Shown here one piece after another: positions 28,401 to 37,946 of a stretch of 50,194 nt of DNA. Positions within the stretch are counted from its first letter, which is position 1; the number at the start of each line of letters is the position of its first letter. The translations under genes were made by a program, and so were the position numbers. The DNA lies in the NCBI GenBank assembly GCA_035306665.1, contig DATGNP010000071.1, positions 1-50,194 of the forward strand, given 5' to 3'. This DNA is from Trueperaceae bacterium (lineage in GTDB: Bacteria; Deinococcota; Deinococci; Deinococcales; Trueperaceae). The notes below the pieces were generated by a model. The model made no database searches. It was not told the origin of the DNA and saw nothing but the letters and a program-made list of their open reading frames with translations.

Positions 28401-29612
28401 CTACTCCTCGCCGAAGAAGCGTCGCCGCGCGCGCTCGTCGCTGGGGCCGTCGGGGCCCACGCCCACGACGTCAGGCGCGCGGGTCGGGTCGGCGGCGAAG
28501 AGCGGCAACGCGCGCTCGCGCAGGGCGTCCGCCTCCGGGCCCGGCGTCCTGAACACCGTGGTCAGCCAGCCGGTCTGGCGCCGCAGCGCGGCGTGGTAGG
28601 CGTCGTGCTCCGCGGCGTAGGCGCCGCCGGCCGCCGCCGGGTCGCCTGACGCCAGGAGGGCGCCGCTGAGGGCCCGGACGTCGCGCCATGCCAGCGCCAG
28701 CCCGCAGCCCCAGTTGGGGTCGCTCACGGCGGCGGCGTCGCCGACGAGGGCCACGCCGTCGCGCCACGGGTGCGGCGCCCACAGGTCGGCGCCCGAGAAC
28801 TCGGCCAGCGGGCCCACCAGCCGGGCGCCCTCGAACCAGGCGGCCGGCATGCCGGCCGCCGTCGCCGTCGCGACGAAGGCCGGGAGCGCGCTCGAGCCGC
28901 TCAGGTGCCGCCGCCCCGTCGCCAGGTGGTAGCCGGCGTAGACGCGGTGGCGGCCGCCGCCCACGTTCATGGCCATGCCGAGCTCGCCGCCGCCCGGCCG
29001 CATGTAGACGTGGCCGGCGCCCGCGGGGACGCCGGCGCCCGCGACCAGCGCTCCGGCCAGCACCAGGGCCTCGGGCGCGCGCTCCACGGCGAAGCCGGCG
29101 GTGGTCCTCACGGCCGAGTCGCGGCCGTCGGCGCCCACGACGAGGCGGGCGGTGTGCCTGGCCTCGCGGCGGGCCGCCCCCTCGCGGGCCACGACGGCGG
29201 GCTGGGCGCCAGGCTCCACCCCGACCACGGCGGCGCCCCTCACGACGCGGGCGCCCGCGGCCTCGGCCGCCGCCAGCAGCAGCGCCTGGACCTCGGGATG
29301 GTGGAACGCCAGGGCCGGCTCCCCGGCCGGCGTGGTCGCGGGCAGGTCCCGCCTACGGCCGGGCAGCGGGTCGATGGTCGTGTTCCAGGCGCGCAGCTCC
29401 GTGACCGCCGGCGCCACGTGCTCGAGGAGCCCCAAGCGCCGCCCCTCGGCGACGCCCCAGGGGTAGATCACCTCGCCCCTGACGCGGTCGCGGAACTCGC
29501 GCTCGCGCTCGAGGACCAGTACGTCGACGCCGGCGCGGGCCAGGACGAGGGCCAGGGCCGCGCCCGCGAAGCCGCCACCGACGACCACGACGTCGTGCCG
29601 GGACACGGCCAA
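28401..29612 (-). CDS. FAD-dependent monooxygenase/oxidoreductase
   Basis: N-terminal Rossmann motif DVVVVGGGFAGAALALVLARAG and a later GDAAAVSDPNWGCG (GD motif). The start is TTG at 29612 or GTG at 29606. Confidence 0.8.
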   Translation of the reverse strand: MAVSRHDVVVVGGGFAGAALALVLARAGVDVLVLEREREFRDRVRGEVIYPWGVAEGRRLGLLEHVAPAVTELRAWNTTIDPLPGRRRDLPATTPAGEPALAFHHPEVQALLLAAAEAAGARVVRGAAVVGVEPGAQPAVVAREGAARREARHTARLVVGADGRDSAVRTTAGFAVERAPEALVLAGALVAGAGVPAGAGHVYMRPGGGELGMAMNVGGGRHRVYAGYHLATGRRHLSGSSALPAFVATATAAGMPAAWFEGARLVGPLAEFSGADLWAPHPWRDGVALVGDAAAVSDPNWGCGLALAWRDVRALSGALLASGDPAAAGGAYAAEHDAYHAALRRQTGWLTTVFRTPGPEADALRERALPLFAADPTRAPDVVGVGPDGPSDERARRRFFGEE

Positions 29613-29741
29613 GGTTTAGCACGCGCGCTCCCGGAGCCACGACCACGCCGTCGGCGGCCACGTCGCCGCACGAGGGAGCCCGCGCCGTGACGGCGCGGGC
29701 TCGGCACGTCCCGCCCGGCGCCTGAAGCGCCCGGTCACGGG

Positions 29742-30326
29742 TCAGTAGCGGTCGCGGTCCCCCGGCACGTCGGGCTCGATGCGGTCGCTCTCGGTCGACA
29801 CCGTCGTCGCCGGGCCCATGCGGTCGACGGACCGCTCCGCCTCGCCGATCACGCGGTCGCGCTCGGCGGCCGCGACGGAGCGGTCGACGGGGTCGTGCCA
29901 GCCCGACACGGCCTCGCCGCTCTCGGCGAGCTCCTTGAAGCGCCTCAGGTCGCCGCTCATGCGGCCGTTCACGAGGCCGAGGGCGGCGCCGACGTTCTCC
30001 ACGAAGCCCTCGGGGTCGTACTCGACGTGGAGGTGGACGCGGGTGGTGTCGGCGTCGACCTTCTCGAAGCGGACCTCGCCGGCGTTGCGGGCTCCCGCCA
30101 CGCTCTCCCAGGCGATGCGGGTGTCGGGCTCGTCGGCCACGACCCGCGCCTCCCATTCCTCCTCCCTGCCGCCGATGTTCGCGCGCCAGTAGAGGCGGTC
30201 GGGTCCCTCGCGCCTGACCTCCTCGACCCCCTCCATGAAGGCAGGGAAGCGCTCGAACTGCCGGAACAGGGCGTAAGCCTGCGTCACAGGCACGTGGACG
30301 TCCATCGATTCGTCGAATGCAGCCAT
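29742..30326 (-). CDS. SRPBCC (polyketide cyclase/dehydrase-like) family protein with a C-terminal tail
   Basis: The ATG at 30326 is preceded by GAGGAGC. VPVTQAYALFRQFERFPAFMEGV ... WESVAG ... VHLHVEYDP follows the SRPBCC pattern. Confidence 0.75.
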   Translation of the reverse strand: MAAFDESMDVHVPVTQAYALFRQFERFPAFMEGVEEVRREGPDRLYWRANIGGREEEWEARVVADEPDTRIAWESVAGARNAGEVRFEKVDADTTRVHLHVEYDPEGFVENVGAALGLVNGRMSGDLRRFKELAESGEAVSGWHDPVDRSVAAAERDRVIGEAERSVDRMGPATTVSTESDRIEPDVPGDRDRY

Positions 30327-30553
30327 GGCAGTGCTCCTCTCGGCCCGGATGGTAGGGACGGCGCAGATGGGAATCGTCCGGGCTGGCTGAGAGCCCCTGG
30401 GGCGGCGACCCGCCCACCCGGCCCGGCCGGCCCGAGCGCCTCTCCTGGCCGGCGCCGGATGTGACGCCAACTCAAGCCCCTCTAACGCGAGCCGAGGGGA
30501 GTCGCTCAATAGTCGGGCACCAGCGGCGAGGCCCTGGCACCAGGAGGTGAGCC

Positions 30554-31135
30554 GTGGCAGCGAACGAGGCGGGGGACGTCCCCATCGAGTCGGCCGGCGT
30601 GCGTCCCTCGCGCGAGGACCCGCCCGACCTGCCCGAGCCGCCCGAGATCGACAAGCGCATCGTCTTCCACCCCACCCAGGTCGCGGGCCTGGTCATGGTC
30701 GGCCTGCTCCCGCTCCTGTCGTTCTTCGGCCTGTTCGGCATCGGGCGCGGGACGGTAGAGGGCACGGACGGGACCGTCGCCGTGCGCGTCGAGCACCCGA
30801 CCTGGCACCGCCTGCGCGTGAGGCAGCCCCTGCTCCTGCAGGTCACGAACGCGACGGACGCGGCGGTGAGCGGGGTAGAGCTCCGCGTCCCGCGCTCCTA
30901 CCTGTCCGCCTTCGCCGACGTCGCGTTCACGCCGGGACCCGACCGCGTCGACGCCCGGGACTACGTCTTCGCCCTTGCCGACCTGTCACCGGGCGAGACG
31001 CGGACCGTGACGGCGGAGATGCAGGCGAGCGGCTACTGGCGGCACGAGGCCGCCGTGTCGTGGCGCGTGCTGGGCGAAGCCGGCGACCAGCTCGACGCGG
31101 GGTCCGTGGCGTTCGCCACCTTCGTGTGGCCGTGA
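30554..31135 (+). CDS. Hypothetical single-pass membrane protein
   Basis: The GTG start follows AGGAGGTGAGCC. One TM helix (VAGLVMVGLLPLLSFFGLFGI) is followed by a beta-rich domain. The next gene starts 11 nt downstream. Confidence 0.5.
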   Translation: MAANEAGDVPIESAGVRPSREDPPDLPEPPEIDKRIVFHPTQVAGLVMVGLLPLLSFFGLFGIGRGTVEGTDGTVAVRVEHPTWHRLRVRQPLLLQVTNATDAAVSGVELRVPRSYLSAFADVAFTPGPDRVDARDYVFALADLSPGETRTVTAEMQASGYWRHEAAVSWRVLGEAGDQLDAGSVAFATFVWP

Positions 31136-31145
31136 GGAGGCCGTC

Positions 31146-31595
31146 GTGGAGAGCGTGATCCGCGTGGCGATCGTCTACCTGTTCGTCCTGTTCGCGCTGC
31201 GGCTGCTGGGCAAGCGCGAGTTCGGCGACCTGTCGCCGCACGAGTTCGTGATGCTGATGCTGATCCCCGACATCGTCGCGCAGGGCATCGTCAAGGAGGA
31301 CTTCTCGCTCACGAACGGGCTCGTCGCGGTGAGCACGATCATGCTCCTGGTGGCGCTCACCTCGCTCCTGATACACGTCAGCCGCCCGGCGGAGCTGGCC
31401 GTCACCCCGCGGCCGACCGTGCTGCTGTTCGACGGGAACCTCTACACCTCGAACCTGAACAAGGAGCGCGTCTCGGCCGACGAGGTCCTCCAGGTAGCGC
31501 GCGAGTCCGGCCTCGAGACGCTCGACCAGGTGAAGTGGGCGATCCTGCAGTCGGACGGCAAGATCGCGATCGTCCCCAAGGAGGCCGCGTCCTAG
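31146..31595 (+). CDS. DUF421 (YetF-like) membrane protein
   Basis: VIRVAIVYLFVLFALRLLGKREFGDLSPHEFVMLMLI is a typical DUF421 N-terminus. Confidence 0.75.
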   Translation: MESVIRVAIVYLFVLFALRLLGKREFGDLSPHEFVMLMLIPDIVAQGIVKEDFSLTNGLVAVSTIMLLVALTSLLIHVSRPAELAVTPRPTVLLFDGNLYTSNLNKERVSADEVLQVARESGLETLDQVKWAILQSDGKIAIVPKEAAS

Positions 31596-31641
31596 CGGCG
31601 CGGGAGGCAGCGGCGGGCCGCGGAAGCGCTACGCTCCGGCC

Positions 31642-32298
31642 ATGACGATCCCGCGCGAACAGCTCCATCCGCCCGAGGTCAGGGCCAGCGCCGGGGCGCC
31701 GCTCGCGAGCGCGAAGGCGGCGACGGTCCTCGTGCACGGCCGCGGCGACAGCGCCAACGGCATCCTCGGCCTCGCCACCGTGGTGGACGCGCCTGAGGTC
31801 GCCTTCCTGGCGCCCGAGGCGCGCTACAACGTCTGGTACCCCCACACGTTCCTCGCCCCGCCCGAGCAGAACGAGCCGTGGCTGAGCTCGGCGCTGGAGG
31901 CCGTCGACGCCGTCGTGCGCGCCGCCGTCGACGGCGGCGTGCCGCGCGAGAAGGTCGTCCTGCTCGGCTTCTCCCAGGGCGCGTGCCTCGTCTCCGAGTA
32001 CGCGGCCAGGCAGGGCGGCCGCTTCGGCGGCGTCGTCGCGCTCTCCGGCGGCGTGATCGGCGACCGCGTCGAGCGCGGCCGCTACGCGGGCTCGCTCGAC
32101 GGCACCCCGGTGTTCCTCGGCTGCTCCGACGTCGACCCCTACATCCCGGTCGAGCGCGTGCACGAGACGGCGGCCCTGTTCCGCGAGCTCGGCGCCGAGG
32201 TCGAGGAGCGCATCTACCCTGGCTTCGCGCACAGCGTCAACCAGGACGAGGTCGACTGGTGGCAGGCGCTGCTCGATGCCCTAACATCTGGCGCATGA
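31642..32298 (+). CDS. Alpha/beta hydrolase (phospholipase/carboxylesterase family)
   Basis: VLVHGRGDS, the nucleophile elbow GFSQGA, and a later DPYIP ... H pattern. Confidence 0.8.
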   Translation: MTIPREQLHPPEVRASAGAPLASAKAATVLVHGRGDSANGILGLATVVDAPEVAFLAPEARYNVWYPHTFLAPPEQNEPWLSSALEAVDAVVRAAVDGGVPREKVVLLGFSQGACLVSEYAARQGGRFGGVVALSGGVIGDRVERGRYAGSLDGTPVFLGCSDVDPYIPVERVHETAALFRELGAEVEERIYPGFAHSVNQDEVDWWQALLDALTSGA

Positions 32299-34331
32299 CA
32301 CGCGGTACGCGCACGTTCTCGCTCGCGTTGGCCCTGGCGCTGACCGCCCCCGCTGCGCTCGCGCAGGGGGCGCCGGGAGGAGACCCCATGCCCGCCCCAG
32401 CCGACCTGCCGGTCACGAGGGTGGTCCTGTTCACCAGCGGCGTCGCCTACTTCGAGCACGAGGGCACGGTCGTAGGCGACCGCGCGTTCGAGCTCAGCGT
32501 GCCGCCGTCCGAGATGGACGACATGCTGCAGACGCTGGTGCTGCAGGACCTCGACGGCGGGACGATCGAGCCCGTCACCTACGACTCGCGCGAGCCGCTC
32601 GGCCGCATCCTGGCCGGCTACTCGATCGACCTCTCGGGCGCGCCGACGCTCGCCCAGATCCTCGGCCAGCTCAGGGGCGAGGTCGTGCAACTCGAGGCGT
32701 CGCGACCCTTGACCGGCGCCATCGTCTCCGTCGAGCGCGTCGAAGCGCCGGAGGAGGCGCCCCGCACCTTCCTCACGCTCGCCACGTCCGGCGGCCTGAC
32801 GCGCGTCGACCTCGCCGAGGTCACCAGCGTCAGGCTCGACGACCCCGAGCTCCAGGCCGAGCTCGACGCGGCCCTCGCGGCCGTCGCGCGCCACCGCGCC
32901 GCCGAGGCCACCACGCTGCGCCTGTCGTTCTCGGGCGATGGCGCCCGGCGCGTGCGCGTCGGGTACGTGCGCGAGATGCCGGTGTGGAAGAGCACCTACC
33001 GCCTGGTCGTGGACGACGACGGCACGGGCACGCTCCAGGGCTGGGCGATCTTCGACAACCCCACCGACCTCGACCTCGAGGACGTGCGCGTCTCGTTCGT
33101 CGCCGGCCAGCCGGCGGCGTTCGTGACGACCCTCTACGACCCCGTCTACGCCGAGCGCGGCCGGGTCGCGCCGCCCACCGCCGCCGAGCTGACCCCGCGC
33201 GCCGACGCGGGGGTCGTGGGCGCGGCGCGCGCGTTGGCGCCGGCGGCGGCGCCCCAGGCCCAGGCGTTCGAGGCCGCCGACCTCGCCGCCGGCGTGACGG
33301 CGATGGCCACGGGCGAGCGCAGCGGCGCGACGTTCGCCTACCACGTCGACACGCCCGTGAGCGTGGGCCGCCACCAGTCGGTGATGGTGCCGATCGTGCT
33401 GACCGAGGTCGCGGCCGCGAAGGTCGCCCACTACGACGAGCGCGTCCTCGCCGAGCACCCGCTGGCGGCCGTCAGGCTCGTCAACGACACCGGCCTCCAC
33501 CTCGCCGGCGGGACCGTCACCGTCTACGACGCCAACGGGTTCGCGGGCAACGCCCTCATGGCCGACGTCGTGCCCGGCGACGCCCGCGTGCTCGCCTACG
33601 CCGTCGACCTCGAGGTCGCGGCCGACGTCGAGGCGGCGAGCCAGCCCGAGCGCGTGGTGGCGGCGCGGCTCGTGCGCGGCCTGCTCGAGACCGAGGTCAG
33701 GCAGCGCCTGACCCGGACCGTGCGCCTGACGCCGCGGACCGAGGAGGAGCGCCTCGTCCTCGTCGACGTGCCGCGCGCCTCCGGCTACGAGGTCGTCTCT
33801 CCCGAGCCCGCGCCCCTCGTCACGCCCGACGCCCTGCGCTTCGCCGTCGTCCTGAACGCGGGCGCGGACGCGCGTGCGCCCGAGGGCGTGCCCGTGCAGC
33901 AGCGCTGCGCGGCCGGCGACGGGTCGTGCGCGCTCGAGGTCGTGCTCGAGCGCGTGACGCGCCGCTCGGTGTCGCTGATCGACCTCGCCCCCGACGTCAT
34001 CGCCGTGTACCTCGAGGACCTGCGGCTCGACGACCGCACCCGCGGCGCGCTGCAGGAGGTCATGGCGCTCCAGCGCGAGGCGGCCGGGCTGCGCGCCGAC
34101 CTCGCCGCCCGCGAGGCGCGCGTGCAGGAGATCGCCGCCGACCAGGAGCGGATCCGGGCGAACATGGCGAGCCTGGACCGGAACTCGAGCCTCTACCGGC
34201 GTTACGTCTCGGACCTCGAGGCGCAGGAGGGCGAGCTGGACGCGCTCGAGGCCGAGATCGCCACGCTCAGGCAGCGCGTGCAGGAGGTCCAGCGGGCGCT
34301 GCAGGACCTCGTCGGCACGCTCGGCGGCTGA
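32295..34331 (+). CDS. DUF4140/DUF4139 family secreted protein with a C-terminal coiled coil
   Basis: ATGA overlap with the esterase stop. Signal peptide LALALALTAPAALAQG. Family-like blocks: VTRVVLFTSGVAYFEHEG, PVWKSTYRLVV and WAIFDNPTDLDLEDVRVSFVAGQP. The last 100 aa or so are heptad-like. Confidence 0.7.
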   Translation: MTRGTRTFSLALALALTAPAALAQGAPGGDPMPAPADLPVTRVVLFTSGVAYFEHEGTVVGDRAFELSVPPSEMDDMLQTLVLQDLDGGTIEPVTYDSREPLGRILAGYSIDLSGAPTLAQILGQLRGEVVQLEASRPLTGAIVSVERVEAPEEAPRTFLTLATSGGLTRVDLAEVTSVRLDDPELQAELDAALAAVARHRAAEATTLRLSFSGDGARRVRVGYVREMPVWKSTYRLVVDDDGTGTLQGWAIFDNPTDLDLEDVRVSFVAGQPAAFVTTLYDPVYAERGRVAPPTAAELTPRADAGVVGAARALAPAAAPQAQAFEAADLAAGVTAMATGERSGATFAYHVDTPVSVGRHQSVMVPIVLTEVAAAKVAHYDERVLAEHPLAAVRLVNDTGLHLAGGTVTVYDANGFAGNALMADVVPGDARVLAYAVDLEVAADVEAASQPERVVAARLVRGLLETEVRQRLTRTVRLTPRTEEERLVLVDVPRASGYEVVSPEPAPLVTPDALRFAVVLNAGADARAPEGVPVQQRCAAGDGSCALEVVLERVTRRSVSLIDLAPDVIAVYLEDLRLDDRTRGALQEVMALQREAAGLRADLAAREARVQEIAADQERIRANMASLDRNSSLYRRYVSDLEAQEGELDALEAEIATLRQRVQEVQRALQDLVGTLGG

Positions 34332-34365
34332 GCCCAGCGCCTGGCCGACGCGTTCGCGGCGCGCC

Positions 34366-35334
34366 TCAGACGAGGCGCGTGCCGCCGTCGGCCAGGCGGA
34401 ACCTGACCTCGCGCAGGCCGGGGAGGGCGGCCCTCACCGCCTCCTGCTGGCCGTCGGGGCAGCACACGACGGCGTAGGCGCCGATCTTCCCGCCGGGGAA
34501 CTGGACGCTCGCGCCCAGGGCTGCGACGGCCGCGCCCACGGCCTCGACGAACCCGTCGACGAACGCGCCCGGCAGGCGCTGCTTCAGGCGCTGCTGCTCC
34601 CCGATCGCATGGGCCACGGCCGGCAGGTCGCCGCGCTCGAACGCCGCGGCCGTCGCCTCGCCCAGCGCCTTGATCTCGTGCAGGACCTCGAGCGCGCCCG
34701 CGATGCCGTCGGCGAGCCGTCGCAGGCTCGCCTTCGTGCTCGCGGCTCGGCCCGTCTCGAAGAACAGCAGCGAGCGCTCGAAGCGCTCCAGGAACCCGGC
34801 CGGCGGCTCGAGGCGTCGCGCCGCGACGTCGGCGCCCCGGTACGTGACGTGGAGCAGCCCGCCGCGGGCGCAGACGTGCGGGTCGTGGTAGCCCGACGCG
34901 CCCCCCAGGCGCTCGACCTCGACGTGCGCGGCGTCGGCGGCGACCTCCTCGACCGTCACCGACCGGCCCATCAGCGCGCGCAGCGCGTGCACGACCCCGA
35001 CCGTGACGGCGCCGGAGGCCCCCAGGCCGCCGTGGTCGGCGGCGTCGAGGCTGACGGTCACGGTGAGCGGCGGTCCGTCGTAGCCCACCTGCAGCACCGA
35101 CTCGCGCACGAGGTCGACGTCGAGGTCCTCAAGACGCCACGCCTCCTGCGTCCTGCCGCCCCACTCGACGCGCCACGGCCCCGCGGCGGGCGCGGCCGTT
35201 ACGACGGCGCCGCGGTCGATGGTCGCGCTCACGGTCACCCCGCCGAAGCGCTCGGCGTACTCCTTGAGGTCTGTCAGCCCGCCCGCGAACGGCACGCGCA
35301 GGGGCGTGAACGTCGTGACCACGCGCCCACTCAC
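34366..35334 (-). CDS. GHMP family sugar kinase
   Basis: The GTG start overlaps the stop of the upstream gene (GTGA). N-terminal RVPFAGGLTDL and a GHMP motif II variant HGGLGASGAVTVGVV are present. Confidence 0.75.
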   Translation of the reverse strand: MSGRVVTTFTPLRVPFAGGLTDLKEYAERFGGVTVSATIDRGAVVTAAPAAGPWRVEWGGRTQEAWRLEDLDVDLVRESVLQVGYDGPPLTVTVSLDAADHGGLGASGAVTVGVVHALRALMGRSVTVEEVAADAAHVEVERLGGASGYHDPHVCARGGLLHVTYRGADVAARRLEPPAGFLERFERSLLFFETGRAASTKASLRRLADGIAGALEVLHEIKALGEATAAAFERGDLPAVAHAIGEQQRLKQRLPGAFVDGFVEAVGAAVAALGASVQFPGGKIGAYAVVCCPDGQQEAVRAALPGLREVRFRLADGGTRLV

Positions 35335-36068
35335 GCCCGCGGCGCGGCCGGCGCGTGCTCGAGCACGCGCCGCACGACGCTCCTGACGTTCTCCTCGGGG
35401 CTCGGCAGGGTGCCGCCGAGGTGGACCCACTCGTCGGTGACGACGTACCCGCAGGCCTCGCCGGAGTCGATCGCCCGCTGCAGGTTCACGAGCATCCTGA
35501 CCTCGCCGCTCTCCGCCCTCGCCTCGCCGATGCGGGCCAGCACCGCCGGCGAGAGCTTCCACAGGCCCACGTCGTACAGGGGTCCCTCGCCCTCCCACAC
35601 GCGCGTGACGCGGTCGCCCGCGACGGTGGCCCTCAGGAAGGCGGGCTCGTCGGCGTGGCCGGGCCCGAGGCTGACGACGGTGCCCGCCGGGTGCGCCGCC
35701 ACGGCGCGGAACATGTCGGCGGTGACGAAGAGGTCGGCCTGCCAGGCGATCACGCTGGCCTGCGGCCCGAGAGCGTCGCGCGCCAGCGAGAGGGCGTGGC
35801 CGGTGCCGCGCCGCTCGGCCTGGTGTACGTAGACGACGTCGAGCCCCTCGAACCTCGCGCCGAAGTACGCGCGCACCTGCTCCTGGAGGTACCCCACGAC
35901 CAGCGTCAGGCGGTCCCGGCCCGGCACGGCCACGCCGCTCGCGAGGAGCTGCGTGAGCGTGTGCTCGAGGAACGGCCGCAGGCCGACCGGGTACATGCAC
36001 TTCTGCAGGTAGGTGCCGAGCCTGCCGAGGCGCGTGCCGTGGCCGGCGGCGAGACAGACGAGGTCCAC
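35331..36068 (-). CDS. Nucleotidyltransferase (sugar-1-phosphate NTP transferase family)
   Basis: N-terminal LAAGHGTRLG signature and an RGTGHAL block. The GTG start at 36068 is uncertain. The upstream part of the ORF is Arg/Pro-rich and looks non-coding. Confidence 0.7.
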   Translation of the reverse strand: MDLVCLAAGHGTRLGRLGTYLQKCMYPVGLRPFLEHTLTQLLASGVAVPGRDRLTLVVGYLQEQVRAYFGARFEGLDVVYVHQAERRGTGHALSLARDALGPQASVIAWQADLFVTADMFRAVAAHPAGTVVSLGPGHADEPAFLRATVAGDRVTRVWEGEGPLYDVGLWKLSPAVLARIGEARAESGEVRMLVNLQRAIDSGEACGYVVTDEWVHLGGTLPSPEENVRSVVRRVLEHAPAAPRA

Positions 36069-36301
36069 CAGCGAAAGGTAACACCCGCCCCGCCGACCCC
36101 GGGCGCGCGGCCGCCGGGACCGGGGACCGGCGCGGGGAGGGTCGCGGGACGCGCCGCCGAGCCAGCTGCCTGGCGCGCGCCGCCGAGCCCGACGCGGGGT
36201 CCGCGCCAAGAGGCCGGGACCGGTGCCGGCCACGGGTCCGCCGCGGTGCCGGGAGAGGATGAAGCCCGCCTCAGCCGCCGCCGTCGGGAAGCGATAGAGT
36301 C

Positions 36302-37939
36302 ATGGTCCGTCACGAACGGGTCGGACCCTCACGGGTCCGCGGCAGGAGGTCCTCTCGGCATGGTCGCAGGCGCGCTCGCAACGTCACCCTCGCGCGGGCC
36401 ACGGCGCGTGCAGGCGAGGCGCGCTTGACCGCGACCGTGAGGCCTCAGGTCAGGGCCCTGAGGCCACCGTTCGACGACGTCGTCGCCGGCGTCACCGTCG
36501 CGCTGGTCCTCGTCCCGCAAGCGCTGGCCTACGCCGCGCTGGCGGGCCTGCCGCCGTCCGCCGGGATCATGGCCGCGATCTTCCCGCCGCTGGCGTCGGC
36601 CCTCCTCGGCTCCAGCCCCTACCTGCAGACGGGTCCGACGGCCCTGACCGCGCTCCTGACGATGGGCGTGCTGGCGGGCACGTTCGTGCCCGGCAGCCCC
36701 GGCTACGTGCAGGCCGCGGCGCTGCTCGCGCTCATGGTCGGCGCCGTGCGGGTCGTGATCGGCCTGGCGCGCTTCGGCTCGCTGGCGTACTTCATGAGCC
36801 TGCCGGTGCTGCGCGGGTTCACCAGCGGCGCCGCCGTGATCATCATCGTCTCGCAGGTGCCGGCGCTGCTCGGGCGCGGCTCCGCGGGGCTGGGCGTGTG
36901 GGCGGCGGCCTGGCGGGCGGTGAGCGACCCGGCTGCGTACAACTACGTCGCGATCGGCCTGGGCGCCCTGACCGTCGTGGTCGTACGCGGCTTGCGCCGC
37001 GTCTCGCCCCTGATCCCCGGCGTGCTCGTCGCCGTGCTGCTGGGGCTGGCGGCCACGGCCGCGTTCGGGCGCGTCACGCCCGTCGTCGGCCCCATGCCCA
37101 CCACGCTCACCGCCCCGTCCCTCGACCTCCCCTGGAACCGGGCCAGCTCGCTGGTGCTGGGCGCGGCCGTTATCGCCGTCGTGGGCTTCGCCGAGCCGGC
37201 GGCGATCGCGCGCACGTTCGCCTCCCGCCGCCACCCGTGGGACGCCGACAGGGAGCTCGTCGCGCAGGGCGCCGCGAACCTGGTGTCGGGCCTGATGCAC
37301 GGCATGCCGGTGGGCGGCAGCTTCTCCCGCTCGGCGCTCAACCGCCAGGCCGGCGCGAGGACGCGCCTCTCGGGAGCGGTCGCCGGGCTGGCCGTCCTGG
37401 CGTTCCTGCCGTTCTCTGGCGTCCTCGAGGGCCTGCCGCGCGCCGTCCTGGCCGCGATCGTGATCGTCTCGGCCACCTCCCTGCTGCAGCTCGGCGCCCT
37501 GCTCAAGCTGTGGCGCTACGCGAAGATGCAGGCCACCACGGCCCTGGTCACGTTCGTGCTCACGCTCGTCATGACCCCACGCATCGACTACGCCGTCGTC
37601 CTCGGCATCTCGCTGGCGGTGATCACCCACCTCTACCGCGAGGCCCAGCTCGGCGTGACCGTCGAGCGCGACGGCGGCACGGTCACGATCCGCTTCGAGG
37701 GCGTGCTGTGGTTCGGCTCGCTGCAGGCCCTGGAGCGCGTCCTGCAGCGCCTGGAGGAGGACCTCACCGGCGTCGAGCGCGTGGTCCTCGACACGAGCCG
37801 GCTCGGCCGCGTCGACTTCTCGGCCCTGATGCTCCTCTACGACGCCGAGCAGCGGCTGTCCGACCAGGGCCTGGACGTCGCGATCACCGGCCTACACGGC
37901 CGCGGCGAGATGATCATGGGGCGGATCAGGCGGGGCTGA
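36302..37939 (+). CDS. SulP family anion permease with a C-terminal STAS domain
   Basis: VAGVTVALVLVPQALAYAALAGLPP, then a polytopic core, then a STAS-like tail (IRFEGVLWFGS ... VVLDTSRLGRVDFSAL). The start is uncertain; TTG at 36426 and GTG at 36438 are also in frame. Confidence 0.85.
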   Translation: MVRHERVGPSRVRGRRSSRHGRRRARNVTLARATARAGEARLTATVRPQVRALRPPFDDVVAGVTVALVLVPQALAYAALAGLPPSAGIMAAIFPPLASALLGSSPYLQTGPTALTALLTMGVLAGTFVPGSPGYVQAAALLALMVGAVRVVIGLARFGSLAYFMSLPVLRGFTSGAAVIIIVSQVPALLGRGSAGLGVWAAAWRAVSDPAAYNYVAIGLGALTVVVVRGLRRVSPLIPGVLVAVLLGLAATAAFGRVTPVVGPMPTTLTAPSLDLPWNRASSLVLGAAVIAVVGFAEPAAIARTFASRRHPWDADRELVAQGAANLVSGLMHGMPVGGSFSRSALNRQAGARTRLSGAVAGLAVLAFLPFSGVLEGLPRAVLAAIVIVSATSLLQLGALLKLWRYAKMQATTALVTFVLTLVMTPRIDYAVVLGISLAVITHLYREAQLGVTVERDGGTVTIRFEGVLWFGSLQALERVLQRLEEDLTGVERVVLDTSRLGRVDFSALMLLYDAEQRLSDQGLDVAITGLHGRGEMIMGRIRRG

Positions 37940-37946
37940 GGTCCCG

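Noticed and set aside
36069-36301. A 230-nt spacer between the nucleotidyltransferase and SulP genes, as a possible RNA element.
   Set aside because: Its GC content is as high as the coding DNA, with only trivial GC hairpins. The SulP start is uncertain, so part of the spacer may be coding or ordinary promoter DNA.
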